From assembly GCA_051003195.1 (NCBI GenBank), contig JBPCLP010000047.1, forward strand, positions 96,001 to 160,000: a stretch of 64,000 nucleotides of DNA, read 5' to 3'. Shown here piece by piece: positions 46,785-56,678 of this stretch. This DNA comes from Candidatus Sumerlaeaceae bacterium (lineage in GTDB: Bacteria; Sumerlaeota; Sumerlaeia; Sumerlaeales; Sumerlaeaceae). The position numbers were made by a program, and so were the translations under genes. Under the pieces are notes generated by a model, which had not been told where the DNA came from, searched no databases, and worked only from the letters and a program-made list of their open reading frames with translations. Position 1 is the first letter of the stretch, and each line of letters starts with the position of its first letter.

Positions 46785-46818
46785 ACAACAAAATGGCGGG
46801 AAAGTTTCCTTTCCCGCC
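46785..46818 (-). terminator. Intrinsic terminator between the two tRNA genes
   Basis: Minus strand GGCGGGAAAG-GAAA-CTTTCCCGCC followed by ATTTTGTTGT. Confidence 0.7.
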
Positions 46819-46827
46819 GAAAATTTT

Positions 46828-46903
<76 letters not shown>

Positions 46904-46936
46904 TCGTGTGCGGTCCTTCCGGACAGCGAACCCCTA

Positions 46937-47434
46937 TTACTGCACGTTTTCGGATTTGTTCACAAGGGCGGGTTTTTCGCGTCGGGCGGGTTTGGAACCT
47001 GGTCCGGCGGTGGGAGATTTGATGGTTGCATCGGGCGCAGCAGACTGTTGCTGCGGCAGTTCAACCTTACCGACAACCGGGTTATTCGGCTGCACGGCTT
47101 TTGCCTGTTCGGCTTTTGGTTCTTCTTCGTTCTTCAGGTAAAGAACCTGCTCACCGGGCATGTGAAGGTTCATGCGTTCACGCACCTGCTTCTGGCTCTC
47201 GATGCCGTTAAAGGCCAGGCTCTGCTGCTGGCGCTTCAATCGCTTAATTTTCTGCTTTAGAACATCGATCTGGGCGCGTTCTTCTTCGCGCTGCTTATAG
47301 GTATCGAGGAACTCCTGCAGGTTCTGGACATTGATCAGCAACCACGCGGAAACCGCGACGAGGGTGAAGACGAGTCCCCCGAAGAGGTGAAGCCGGCTGC
47401 CGCTGGCGGCTGCGCGATTTTTGGTCCGGCGCAC
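46937..47434 (-). CDS. Septum formation initiator (FtsB/DivIC-like)
   Basis: TM helix, coiled coil, then E.QVRERMNLHMPGEQV. Confidence 0.75.
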   Translation of the reverse strand: MRRTKNRAAASGSRLHLFGGLVFTLVAVSAWLLINVQNLQEFLDTYKQREEERAQIDVLKQKIKRLKRQQQSLAFNGIESQKQVRERMNLHMPGEQVLYLKNEEEPKAEQAKAVQPNNPVVGKVELPQQQSAAPDATIKSPTAGPGSKPARREKPALVNKSENVQ

Positions 47435-47582
47435 TTGCTATGTTCCTTCGCTTTCCTCGCTTCTTTAGTGGAAGCAACTGAAAACGCTGGACCTACGATG
47501 TGCCCAGCGCAAGATAAAAAGCTGTGGAAAAGCTACGTTAAAGACTGGGCAATGACCACTGTTAATTCATGTCCAGGCGGCA

Positions 47583-48728
47583 TTAAAGTAGCTCCACCGC
47601 CGCACACGCGATGTGACCACCGAAGCCGAGAGATAACTTAAGAAAACGGCTGACGCTTCCGTGGTTCCCGGCCGGTGAAACATGATGGATGGGAGCGAGT
47701 GCCGCATCAGGTGAATCCAGGCCGGGCGTGGGCGGGATAAAGCCGCTTCGCAAGGCAACAAGCGCAAGCGCAAGCTCCGCGCTCGCACTGGCGCCCAGCA
47801 GGTGGCCGATATACGGTTTAAGACTGGAAACGGGCGGGCAGTTGTCGCCGAACACGTCGTGGATCGCCCTGGCTTCTATCACATCGTTGAGTTGCGTGCC
47901 CGTGCCATGGGCGTTGATGTACTGAACGTCGGTCGGCTTCCAGCCGGCCCGCTTAAGCGTGCGGCGGATCGACAACGCAATGGGTTCGCCGCTCTGATCC
48001 GCTGAAGTCATGTGATAGGCATCGCTGCGAAAATCGTATCCGGCAAGGCGAGCGATTGGATGAGCTCTGCGGGCACGCGCATCGACTTCTCGCTCCAGCA
48101 CGAACGCGGCGGCACCTTCGCCGGGGTTGAAGCCATTGCGGTCGCGGTGAAATGGACGCATGATATCGGGCGAGAGTGCCCCCATATTCGTGAAGCTTGC
48201 CATTGTGAGCGCATAACCGGATGCCTCCGCGCTTCCCGCGAGAACGGCGTCTGCCACATCGTCGCGTAGCAGGTTTGCGCCCGCTATCAGGCAAACTAAC
48301 CCGGTGGCACATGCAGCCGGATAATTCAGCACGGGACCAGTGAACCGGCTGCGCGCGGCGATTTCGTTTCCAAGCGTTTCGCCTGGGAATTCCGCAGGAT
48401 CGAGCACCGGCTTCGCTGCCAGCAGTTGATGTAATCGACCCTTGCTGCTGCCGATGATAGTAGCAACGCGATCCGGTGCAACCGATCCGTTCAGATTCGC
48501 GTCGAGAAGGCACTTCCTGGCAGTGCAGTCGGCCAATAGCGACGTATGGTCGCACTGGCGTTCCGCCAATGGTGGAGCGTCTGGCACGCTGCCAAACCAG
48601 AGGCAAAGTTCAGAATGAAGCTGCTGGCGAGTCAGTGCTGGTGCCCGGGCAAGTAAACCGGAAATCGCCTGGTCGTCAGTGGATCCAAGAGCCGTGCACG
48701 CGGAAGCTCCAGTGATGACGATGTTCAC
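47583..48728 (-). CDS. Beta-ketoacyl-ACP synthase (FabF-like)
   Basis: IVITG start; AACATG, GEGA, NAHGTGT.LND, GHLLGA and LGFGG (Cys-His-His triad intact). Confidence 0.9.
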   Translation of the reverse strand: MNIVITGASACTALGSTDDQAISGLLARAPALTRQQLHSELCLWFGSVPDAPPLAERQCDHTSLLADCTARKCLLDANLNGSVAPDRVATIIGSSKGRLHQLLAAKPVLDPAEFPGETLGNEIAARSRFTGPVLNYPAACATGLVCLIAGANLLRDDVADAVLAGSAEASGYALTMASFTNMGALSPDIMRPFHRDRNGFNPGEGAAAFVLEREVDARARRAHPIARLAGYDFRSDAYHMTSADQSGEPIALSIRRTLKRAGWKPTDVQYINAHGTGTQLNDVIEARAIHDVFGDNCPPVSSLKPYIGHLLGASASAELALALVALRSGFIPPTPGLDSPDAALAPIHHVSPAGNHGSVSRFLKLSLGFGGHIACAAVELL

Positions 48729-48732
48729 GGCG

Positions 48733-49055
48733 TTACTCGTACAACTGCCATTCTTGTGTGCATGCGGTGTTATCGGGAAACAGGCCGAAGCTGAAGTGTA
48801 GATCGCGGTCGATGCTGCGGTCGGTGACAAAATTGTATTCGCTGGAACATACCACTGTCAAACGTCCGAGCCCATCGCTGGCAATTGCCGGCGAGTAATC
48901 GGCCGCCAGGACATCCATATTTCCTGAACTGTAACGCATCGCCGTATATCTTTCAGCATCGCCAATGCATACGGCAAGGGCTATCAAACGTGGCGCCTGC
49001 GGCTTGTTTGGGATTGGTATTAGTGATTCCAAGCGGCCCTTCTCCAAATCATTTC
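48733..49055 (-). pseudogene. Probable 3' fragment of a secreted-protein gene, ending EWQLYE
   Basis: Open frame across the 330-bp gap; no signal peptide or convincing start; C-terminal W motif shared with 33477-34634. Confidence 0.4.
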
Positions 49056-49832
49056 CTACAGCCGCTGAATCAGCCATTCTTCAGTGCGGCGCAGCACGCC
49101 ATCGAAGTTCTCTGCACTGGTGAAGCTGTGATCGGCATTGGGGATGAACACGGCCACGTCATCCGGGTTCTCGCGGGCACGAAGGTAGCGCTCGGTCTGC
49201 TCCGGTTTCACGATATCGTCGTCAGCCCCCTGGATAAATAGAATGGGATTTTGATAAGTGGCGATCCAATCGAGCGGTTTGAGTATTTCCCCGACTGTAT
49301 CCAGGTACTCTGCGCTGACGCGAAAGCCGCCGTAATCCATGTAGCCGCGCTGCTGATATCCTTCGAAGTTCTCAAACTGGGATAGTCGGTCTCGGATAAT
49401 CTCCGGGCGCGCAACCGCCGCCCACAACACCGCCGCGGCGAATTGCGGACGCTTGTTGAGCAGGTAACTGGCTGAGCAGGATCCCAGGCTGTAGCCAACA
49501 ATTGCCGTGCGGCTGAGATCGATTTTCGGCTGCGCCAGGAATGCCGTCAGAGCAGCATCAAGATCCTGAAGCATACCTTTAGGCGTGAAATCGATGAAGT
49601 CGCCGTCGCTCTCCCCACACCCGCGGTGATCAAAACGAAACCCGGCGATTCCATGCCCGGCAAGGGTTGCAGCCAGCCGCGCATACGCGCGGCGCGTTTC
49701 GAGCCGATGCCCGGTAAACCCGTGGCAATAGATGATAGCGGGAACCGGCCCGCTGCAGGTGTCGTCGGGCCAGTCGCAGGTCGCCTGCAGGGTGAATTCA
49801 CCGCTTTGGAAACTGGTCATCTCGCGTCGCAA
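49056..49832 (-). CDS. Alpha/beta hydrolase (esterase-like)
   Basis: CHGFTG, FDHRGCGESDG, GYSLG, QGADD and ADHSF. Confidence 0.9.
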   Translation of the reverse strand: MRREMTSFQSGEFTLQATCDWPDDTCSGPVPAIIYCHGFTGHRLETRRAYARLAATLAGHGIAGFRFDHRGCGESDGDFIDFTPKGMLQDLDAALTAFLAQPKIDLSRTAIVGYSLGSCSASYLLNKRPQFAAAVLWAAVARPEIIRDRLSQFENFEGYQQRGYMDYGGFRVSAEYLDTVGEILKPLDWIATYQNPILFIQGADDDIVKPEQTERYLRARENPDDVAVFIPNADHSFTSAENFDGVLRRTEEWLIQRL

Positions 49833-49995
49833 ACAGTTACTCCTTTAAGGCAGTGCGTTTTCCATTGATGACATCAATGCCATCTGCCACACGATAAAGG
49901 GGCAATGCCAAACGGGAAGCAGGTGCTTTCGGATGGAATTGCGCAGTGTTGCCCGGTCTTGCACCGGGAACTGGATGTAAGGACAAGGCAGTATC

Positions 49996-51195
49996 TTGAT
50001 GCGGTTGAACACAACGTGGATGATCTACCTGTGCACGCTCATGCTGATGACGACAGGTATTGTAATGGTCTACAGCTCGAGTGCGGCCATTGCTGCGCGC
50101 GAGACCATGCGCAAGGCGACGGAGCCGGGACGCGATCTTAAAGACACGGAAGCTATCATACAGACTTCCACGCACAGCAGTTACTATCTTCAGCGCCAGG
50201 TCATTTTCGCGGCCATTGGTGTCCTGGTCATGCTGCTGATGTACCAGATCGATTACGAGCGGTACAAGAAATACGCGACACCGCTGCTTTTTCTCAGCCT
50301 TGTCATGCTGGTCCTTGTATTTTTTCCGCCGATAGGAGTGGCACGAAAAGGCGCCCATCGGTGGCTCAACGCTGGATTTATGCTGGTGCAGTCATCGGAA
50401 TTCGCCAAACTGGCGATGATCCTCTATATGGCAAAGAAGCTGTGCGACCGCCAGTCGGACCTGAAGAGCTTCGCGCGTGGATTTCTGCCGTCGTTGGCAG
50501 TCCTGGCGCTGTTCCTGGGGCTGATTGTCAGCGAGCCTGACCTCGGCGCTGCCGTGATGCTTGGAGTGATCGTATTTGCCATGTGGTACGTCAGTGGAAT
50601 GCGGCTCATCCATTTGTGCTCGCTGGGAATTGCTGCAATACCTGTCGTTGCCTACGAAATTATTTCCAAGCCGTACCGCCTGAAGCGCATCATCGCATTC
50701 TGGGATCCAATAGCTAACCGCGAAACATCAGGGTGGCAACTGGTCCAGTCGCTGATCTCTGTTTCAACAGGCGGGGTGGAAGGTTTGGGTCTGGGCCAGG
50801 GCCCGCAAAAGTACCAGTTTCTCAGTGAAGGCCACACCGACTTTATCTACGCGGGAATCTGCGAAGAGATGGGAATGGCTGGTGCGCTTGTGATTTTCGC
50901 AATATATGCCTTCTTTATGTTCCAGGGAATTCGAGTGGCCAGCCGGGCACCTGATATGTACGGCAGTCTTCTCGCCACGGGTGTTACGATTATGATCGGG
51001 GTCCAAAGCTTCGTCAATATGTACGTTGTCCTCGGGCTGCTGCCGACCAAAGGATTAACGCTGCCGCTGATCAGCTATGGCGGAAGCTCACTCGTGATCA
51101 ACTGCGCGGCGATCGGCATCCTGATGAACGTCTCGCGATTTACCGAAATAGCTGCCAACCCAAGCCGGGCGCGAGGGTCCGATTTACCGAAATAG
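49996..51195 (+). CDS. ftsW: SEDS peptidoglycan polymerase FtsW
   Basis: MVYSSS, GAHRWL, QSSEFAK, EPDLG, HTDFI and PTKGLTLPLISYGGSS. Confidence 0.93.
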   Translation: MMRLNTTWMIYLCTLMLMTTGIVMVYSSSAAIAARETMRKATEPGRDLKDTEAIIQTSTHSSYYLQRQVIFAAIGVLVMLLMYQIDYERYKKYATPLLFLSLVMLVLVFFPPIGVARKGAHRWLNAGFMLVQSSEFAKLAMILYMAKKLCDRQSDLKSFARGFLPSLAVLALFLGLIVSEPDLGAAVMLGVIVFAMWYVSGMRLIHLCSLGIAAIPVVAYEIISKPYRLKRIIAFWDPIANRETSGWQLVQSLISVSTGGVEGLGLGQGPQKYQFLSEGHTDFIYAGICEEMGMAGALVIFAIYAFFMFQGIRVASRAPDMYGSLLATGVTIMIGVQSFVNMYVVLGLLPTKGLTLPLISYGGSSLVINCAAIGILMNVSRFTEIAANPSRARGSDLPK

Positions 51196-51224
51196 CTGCC
51201 AACCCGAGCCGGGCGCGAGGGTCC
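51137..51224 (+). repeat. 44-bp tandem duplication at the ftsW 3' end
   Basis: GATTTACCGAAATAGCTGCCAACCC(A/G)AGCCGGGCGCGAGGGTCC twice, one mismatch. Confidence 0.95.
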
Positions 51225-51304
51225 GCGCAGACGGTTGCTTCTCACCCCTGATGGTTTCAGGTGACACGGCGCAACTGGAACGGCACCTGCTTACATAAAG
51301 CCCC

Positions 51305-51922
51305 ATGGGAACCGAGACGATGACAGTCGCAATCTTCCCCCTGCCGGAAGTCGTATTTTTCCCGGAGACGCGTCTTCATCTGCACGTATTTGAACCCCGA
51401 TACGTCGACCTGGTGACCGAAGCGCTTGCCACCGACCGAATGCTGGGAGTGGTGCAGCTTCGCCCAGGCTGGGATAAGGACTATTACGGCCGTCCCGCCA
51501 TTTACAAGGTACTGGGAGTCGGCGAAATCGTGGAAAGCCAGCGCCTCAACGATGGGCGCTTTGACATCGAAGTGCACGGACGTTTTCGTGCCCACGTGCT
51601 CAGCGAGACTGTGAAGGGTGAGTATCGCACGGCCGAAGTCGAAATCATGAAAGACGTGTTGCAGCCTGAAGACCGTGAAGAGGTTCTATGGGTGCACGAG
51701 CGTCTGCTTGAACTCTACAAAAAGCTGGCGGCAGCGATGCCCGAGACGATGTCGTTGATTGATAACCCGTCGCCTGGTGCACTCATCGACGCTATGGCGG
51801 ATAAACTGGTCGAAAATCCGTACGACAAGCAGAGTATACTCAGCGAGACAAACCTGGCGCGCAGGCAGCGGCTACTGCGTGTACAGCTGCGAACTATGGT
51901 GAAGGGCACGCAGCAGGAGTAG
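51305..51922 (+). CDS. Stand-alone Lon substrate-binding (LON N) domain protein
   Basis: IFPLPEVVFFP...LHVFEPRY and DGRFDIEVHG. Confidence 0.9.
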   Translation: MGTETMTVAIFPLPEVVFFPETRLHLHVFEPRYVDLVTEALATDRMLGVVQLRPGWDKDYYGRPAIYKVLGVGEIVESQRLNDGRFDIEVHGRFRAHVLSETVKGEYRTAEVEIMKDVLQPEDREEVLWVHERLLELYKKLAAAMPETMSLIDNPSPGALIDAMADKLVENPYDKQSILSETNLARRQRLLRVQLRTMVKGTQQE

Positions 51923-51935
51923 ATCAGAAAAGCCG

Positions 51936-54155
51936 CTACTCTTTGTCTCTGACCAGGGCTTCTTCCTCTTCCGATAGTGCGTTTTCAGTTCCTTCCGGCA
52001 GGAGTTCTTCGTCAATTTCGATCAACCGAAGCGTCTCGGTGGCGGGTGGTGCGTGAAGAAACTGGTAAACGCTTTCGGATGCTTCGCGGCCCATCCCCGG
52101 CACTTCCCGGATTTGATCGACCGTCGCCTGTTTTAGCGCGCTCAGGCTGCCGAAGTGCTGCAGCAGTGTCTTCTTTCGTTTGGGCCCAATCCCGGGAATC
52201 TCATCAAGCATGCTGCGCCGGTTAGCCTTCTGGCGCAATTTTCGATGGTATGTGATCGCCGTTCGATGAGTTTCATCGCGGATGCGCTCGATGAGGTGAA
52301 GCGCGGGGGAGTTCGGCGCAAAGGTCACAGGGTTCTTCCGACCAGGCAGAAAAACGCGCTCCTCGGTTCGGAAGCGAATGACCTCGTCAGGTGGTTGCGG
52401 CGACTCCATGACCAAATCGCCGGGCTCAGGCCCGGTCTGGACATAGTCTGGCGCATCCGGGAAAAAGGTATTCAGCGTCTTACCCGGTGGCGCATCAGTC
52501 TCCGTGATCCTGTCGATGAGTTGCTGCGGTTTTTTGCGCGTTGATTTCAGCCGACGTGGAACCTCGCGTACTTTCAGCCGGCTTTTTGCAATTCCGGCAA
52601 GCTGGACATCCTGGATGCCAAGCTCCCGGAAAACTTCCTCTGCGGCGGAGAGTTGCCCTTTGCCGCCGTCCACGAGAAACAGATCGGGAAAAGACCGCGC
52701 GCTCGTGCTGCCGCTTCTGAACCGCCGCAGCATTACTTCCCTGATCATCGCAAAATCGTTGCTGCCCTCAACGGTCTGGATTCGGAAAAGCCGGTAGCCG
52801 GATTTGTCCGGCTGGGCATCTTCAAACCGGACAATCGATCCCACCGCCATCACGCCCATGATGTTCGAAATATCCAGGCACTCGATCACGTGCGGGGTGT
52901 CCTCCAGCCCAAGGCGTTTTGTCAGCTCAGTAAGTGTCTCTTCCTCCGTCCGCTCGCCACCGAGTCGACGGTTGAGAGACATGCGGGCGTTTTGTGTCGC
53001 TGTGTGCGCCAGCCCTGCCAGCTTTCCGCGCTGGGGCATGTGCATGCTCACCCCGGCACCCCGCTGCTCACGCAGCCATTCCTCCAGCAAAGCGCAGTCG
53101 TTCGGCTCTACGCTCACCAGTAGCTCCTCCGGTATCAGATCGCCCAGGCCGTCGTAGTGCTGGGAAATAAACGAGTAAAGCACCTCGGTGTCTTCCTGCT
53201 CATAGTTCTTGAGGTAAAAGTCGTAGCTGTGAACGAGCGTGCCGCCCCGGAATTGCTGCAACACAACCATCGACCGTCCCTGCGTGCTGGCAATCGCTAT
53301 CACATCGCGCTCATTGCGCTCGTGCGTCGCCGCCTGCTGTCGCTCGAGAGTCCGGTCAACCGCGGCTAGCCGGTCTCGAACCATCGCGGCCTTCTCAAAC
53401 TGCATGGTTTCGCTTAACTCGAACATTCGGGTCTGAAGTGTACGTCGAACTTCTTCGCCTTTCCCGCGCAGGAAGGACGCCACCTTGTCGACGAGCTCGC
53501 GGTACTCGTCCTTTGGAACAGGCTCTGTGCACGGTCCGCAGCATTTGCCGACGTCGAAGAGAATGCAGGGGCGTGTGCGATTGCGAAATACCGAATCGCG
53601 ACATGTCCGCATCGGGAAAACCTTGAGAAGGAAGCGGAGCGTTTCGCGAACCGATGAGCTGCTGATATACGGGCCAAAGTACAGGTCGGGATCCCGCCGC
53701 TGGCGCTTCCGCGCGGGCTGCTCCTGGCCTCCCCCCTGGACTTCCAGCTGCTTGCCCGATCCAACCGCGCTGCTGCCCGCGGGCATCGATCCCCGGCGTA
53801 CACGCACGGTTTCAAGGCGTGGGTAATCCTGGTCCATGCGGATTCGCAGCGAGATGTATGTCTTATCATCGCGAAGCTGAACGTTATACCGGGGCCGGTG
53901 CTGCTTGATCAGTGTGTTCTCGAGCAGAAACGCATCTTTTTCGGTCGCGGTGACAATCGTGTCGATCGTTACCACGTTCTTCACGAGGAACTGAACCGAG
54001 AACCGGGAGTCCCCGCTCTTGCCGAAGTAGTTGCGCACGCGGCTGCGCAGGTTCGCCGCCTTGCCGACATAGATCACTTCAGCAGCGGCGTTTTTCATCA
54101 GGTAAACGCCGGGCGTGGTGGGCAGTTGTGCGATTACTTCAGTCTCAATACTCAT
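51936..54155 (-). CDS. uvrC: Excinuclease ABC subunit C
   Basis: GVY...YVGKA (GIY-YIG), UVR domain, ECLDISN, DGGKGQ, RDETHR and C-terminal HhH. Confidence 0.96.
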   Translation of the reverse strand: MSIETEVIAQLPTTPGVYLMKNAAAEVIYVGKAANLRSRVRNYFGKSGDSRFSVQFLVKNVVTIDTIVTATEKDAFLLENTLIKQHRPRYNVQLRDDKTYISLRIRMDQDYPRLETVRVRRGSMPAGSSAVGSGKQLEVQGGGQEQPARKRQRRDPDLYFGPYISSSSVRETLRFLLKVFPMRTCRDSVFRNRTRPCILFDVGKCCGPCTEPVPKDEYRELVDKVASFLRGKGEEVRRTLQTRMFELSETMQFEKAAMVRDRLAAVDRTLERQQAATHERNERDVIAIASTQGRSMVVLQQFRGGTLVHSYDFYLKNYEQEDTEVLYSFISQHYDGLGDLIPEELLVSVEPNDCALLEEWLREQRGAGVSMHMPQRGKLAGLAHTATQNARMSLNRRLGGERTEEETLTELTKRLGLEDTPHVIECLDISNIMGVMAVGSIVRFEDAQPDKSGYRLFRIQTVEGSNDFAMIREVMLRRFRSGSTSARSFPDLFLVDGGKGQLSAAEEVFRELGIQDVQLAGIAKSRLKVREVPRRLKSTRKKPQQLIDRITETDAPPGKTLNTFFPDAPDYVQTGPEPGDLVMESPQPPDEVIRFRTEERVFLPGRKNPVTFAPNSPALHLIERIRDETHRTAITYHRKLRQKANRRSMLDEIPGIGPKRKKTLLQHFGSLSALKQATVDQIREVPGMGREASESVYQFLHAPPATETLRLIEIDEELLPEGTENALSEEEEALVRDKE

Positions 54156-54200
54156 GCGCGACTAACTACGTGCGCCACGCGAACTTCATGCAAGTCCGGT

Positions 54201-55100
54201 TCAGGCCCGGGCGTATTTGGCCGCCACTTGCACCGTCTGCACGTGGATGTCGACGGTCTCCTGCACATGGCGGGCATACCCGCCGGCCGTGGTCGTCACC
54301 AGGGGAATGTTCCGCTTCGCCGCTTCGCCGATCACCACTTCATCGCGTTGCTCGAGCCCGTGCATCGTGAGCCGGAGTGCTCCTAGTTGATCGTTAAAGT
54401 AGGGATCGGCGCCGGCGACATAGAAGACCAGCTCCGGCTTGTGCTGTTCGTATATGTCCGGCACAGCTTCCTGCAAAGCTGCGAGGTACTCGTCGTCACC
54501 GGTGAAATCATCCAGGCCAATGTCCCAGTTGCTCCGCTGCTTCGCTGGATAGTTGTTTTCTTGGTGGATGGAGAACGTAAAGACGTCGGCATCACCCCCG
54601 AAAATATGTGCGGTTCCGTTGCCCTGGTGTAAATCGCAATCGATAACTACCGCGCGGCGAATACGCTGCTCAGCCTGCATGGCGCGAATGCCGATCGCGA
54701 TATCATTCAAATAGCAGAATCCTTCCGCATGGTCCGCAAAGGCATGATGCCAGCCTCCTCCAAGGTGCGCGCATGTCTGTTCCGCTGACGTAACCGCGGT
54801 TCGACAGGCCTGGATGCTGCCGCCTGCGGCCAGCAGATACGCCTCGAGGATCTCTTCGGTTAGGGGAAGTTCGCTGCGGCGGGTTCTTGCCGTCATGCGA
54901 TAGTTAAGGAGATCGTCCAGGTATTCGGCCGTATGTACGCGTGTCAGTTCTTCACGTGTTGCCGGTGTGGGTGCCACGACATCGCCTTGCAGAATTGACC
55001 CGTCGCGAAGCAGCTTCTCGAGAGCCAGGCGATACTTCGCCGTAACAAACACGTGCGTCCCGATATCAGCTTCGTATTTGGGAGAGTAGATCAGCTTCAT
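54201..55100 (-). CDS. Histone deacetylase family protein
   Basis: GGWHHA, GFCYLND, DCDLHQGNGT, AGADP and GGY. Confidence 0.93.
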   Translation of the reverse strand: MKLIYSPKYEADIGTHVFVTAKYRLALEKLLRDGSILQGDVVAPTPATREELTRVHTAEYLDDLLNYRMTARTRRSELPLTEEILEAYLLAAGGSIQACRTAVTSAEQTCAHLGGGWHHAFADHAEGFCYLNDIAIGIRAMQAEQRIRRAVVIDCDLHQGNGTAHIFGGDADVFTFSIHQENNYPAKQRSNWDIGLDDFTGDDEYLAALQEAVPDIYEQHKPELVFYVAGADPYFNDQLGALRLTMHGLEQRDEVVIGEAAKRNIPLVTTTAGGYARHVQETVDIHVQTVQVAAKYARA

Positions 55101-55119
55101 GCGGAAGCTCCAACTATCG

Positions 55120-56496
55120 TCAGACCGTCAGGCGTTTTGACAATCCGGCAGCGACTTTCCAGATGTCGCCAGCTCCGAGTGTAATCACCAGGTCGTCGGG
55201 CTTCATCATACCGGCAACGTACTCTTCCACGCTGTCCAGCCCCTGCACGAAGTGAACCGCGGGATGATTATTGCGCCGCAATCCATCGACGATCAATTCT
55301 GAGGTGACGTGGGGGATCGGGTCTTCACCTGCACCGTAGATGTCCGTAATTACCACCTCGTCTGCGTTGGTAAAGCATGCGCCGAATTGTTCGGCAAGCG
55401 ACTTGGTGCGGCTGTACCGGTGTGGTTGAAAGATACCGATGATACGCTTGTCATGCGATTCGCGAGCCGCGGAGAGGGTCGCGCGTATTTCGCTGGGATG
55501 ATGCGCATAGTCGTCCACAACCGTGTAGTGCTCATTGCGGCCGATAATTTCGAAGCGCCGCTGCACACCGCGAAACTCGTGCAGGCCTTCGGCGATTTTG
55601 TCGAACGGGATTTCCAGCCGTATTCCAACCGCAACCGCGGACAGGCAATTCTGCACGTTATGCTTTCCGGGGACCTGCAGTGTCACGTGCCCAAGGAGCT
55701 TACCAAAATGGTGGACGTCGAAGCTGCTGCCCATCCCCTGGAACTTGAGATTATGCGCCGTGAGGTCCGCGCCTTCGCGAAGGCCATAGGAAACGAACTC
55801 GCGATCAAAGCCGATGGAATGGCCGACCAGGCGGCTCGCCCCGGCGTCATCGCTGCAATAGATGGTCAATCCGCCGGGACGAACATTTTGCACGTGCTGC
55901 GCGAAGATTTCATGCAGGTGCGTCGTGTCCCTGTAGTAGTCCATGTGGTCGAGTTCGATGTTCGTCAAAATCGCGATTTCCGGGTGGTACTCGACCAGGG
56001 AACCATCGCTTTCGTCGGCCTCGATCACAAACCATTCGGTACCCCCACTGCGCGCATTATCGGCGAAAGTGTTTACGATGCCACCGATCACGAAGGACGG
56101 GTTCAATCCGGCGGAGTTAATCATCGTCGCTACCATGGATGAAGTGGTAGTTTTTCCGTGCGTGCCCGCAACAGTGATGCCGCGATGCGCATTCACCAGT
56201 TGCGCGAGCTTCTTGCTGCGGTGGAGAACAGGAATCCGCTGTTCGTAAGCCGCCTGCACCTCCGGGTTATCCGGCCGAATGGCTGTGCTCGTCACTACTT
56301 CCCGTGCATTTTGAATGTTTTCCGGGGCATGGCCGATAAAAATGGGGATTCCTACGTCGCGCAACGCTTTGACGTTGGCAGACTCCTTGGAGTCTGATCC
56401 GCTGACAGCCTCGCCATTCGAGTGCAGCAGTCGGGCAATTCCGCTCATTCCTATCCCGCCGATACCCACAAAATGAACGGTTTTTACATCAGCCAT
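55120..56496 (-). CDS. murC: UDP-N-acetylmuramate--L-alanine ligase
   Basis: GIGGIGMSG, GTHGKTTT, EADESD, DDYAHHP and FQPHRYSRT. Confidence 0.97.
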   Translation of the reverse strand: MADVKTVHFVGIGGIGMSGIARLLHSNGEAVSGSDSKESANVKALRDVGIPIFIGHAPENIQNAREVVTSTAIRPDNPEVQAAYEQRIPVLHRSKKLAQLVNAHRGITVAGTHGKTTTSSMVATMINSAGLNPSFVIGGIVNTFADNARSGGTEWFVIEADESDGSLVEYHPEIAILTNIELDHMDYYRDTTHLHEIFAQHVQNVRPGGLTIYCSDDAGASRLVGHSIGFDREFVSYGLREGADLTAHNLKFQGMGSSFDVHHFGKLLGHVTLQVPGKHNVQNCLSAVAVGIRLEIPFDKIAEGLHEFRGVQRRFEIIGRNEHYTVVDDYAHHPSEIRATLSAARESHDKRIIGIFQPHRYSRTKSLAEQFGACFTNADEVVITDIYGAGEDPIPHVTSELIVDGLRRNNHPAVHFVQGLDSVEEYVAGMMKPDDLVITLGAGDIWKVAAGLSKRLTV

Positions 56497-56678
56497 GCTC
56501 GTCCCCTATTTCCACAGTGAGTGCAAATGACCCGCGTCAGCAACATGAACCCGGGACCAGGCAAATTGGAATTCACCTATTAGCAATTTTTATGGCTACC
56601 CGCAGCAAGCCTAAAAAATTTCTGCGTTAGCAATTTATCCGGCTGTTTAGCCGGGCTCTTTTTTGCACATCAGCGGCC

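Noticed and set aside
52380..52590. Intein in uvrC
   Set aside because: No Cys/Ser start, His-Asn end or endonuclease motifs; too short.
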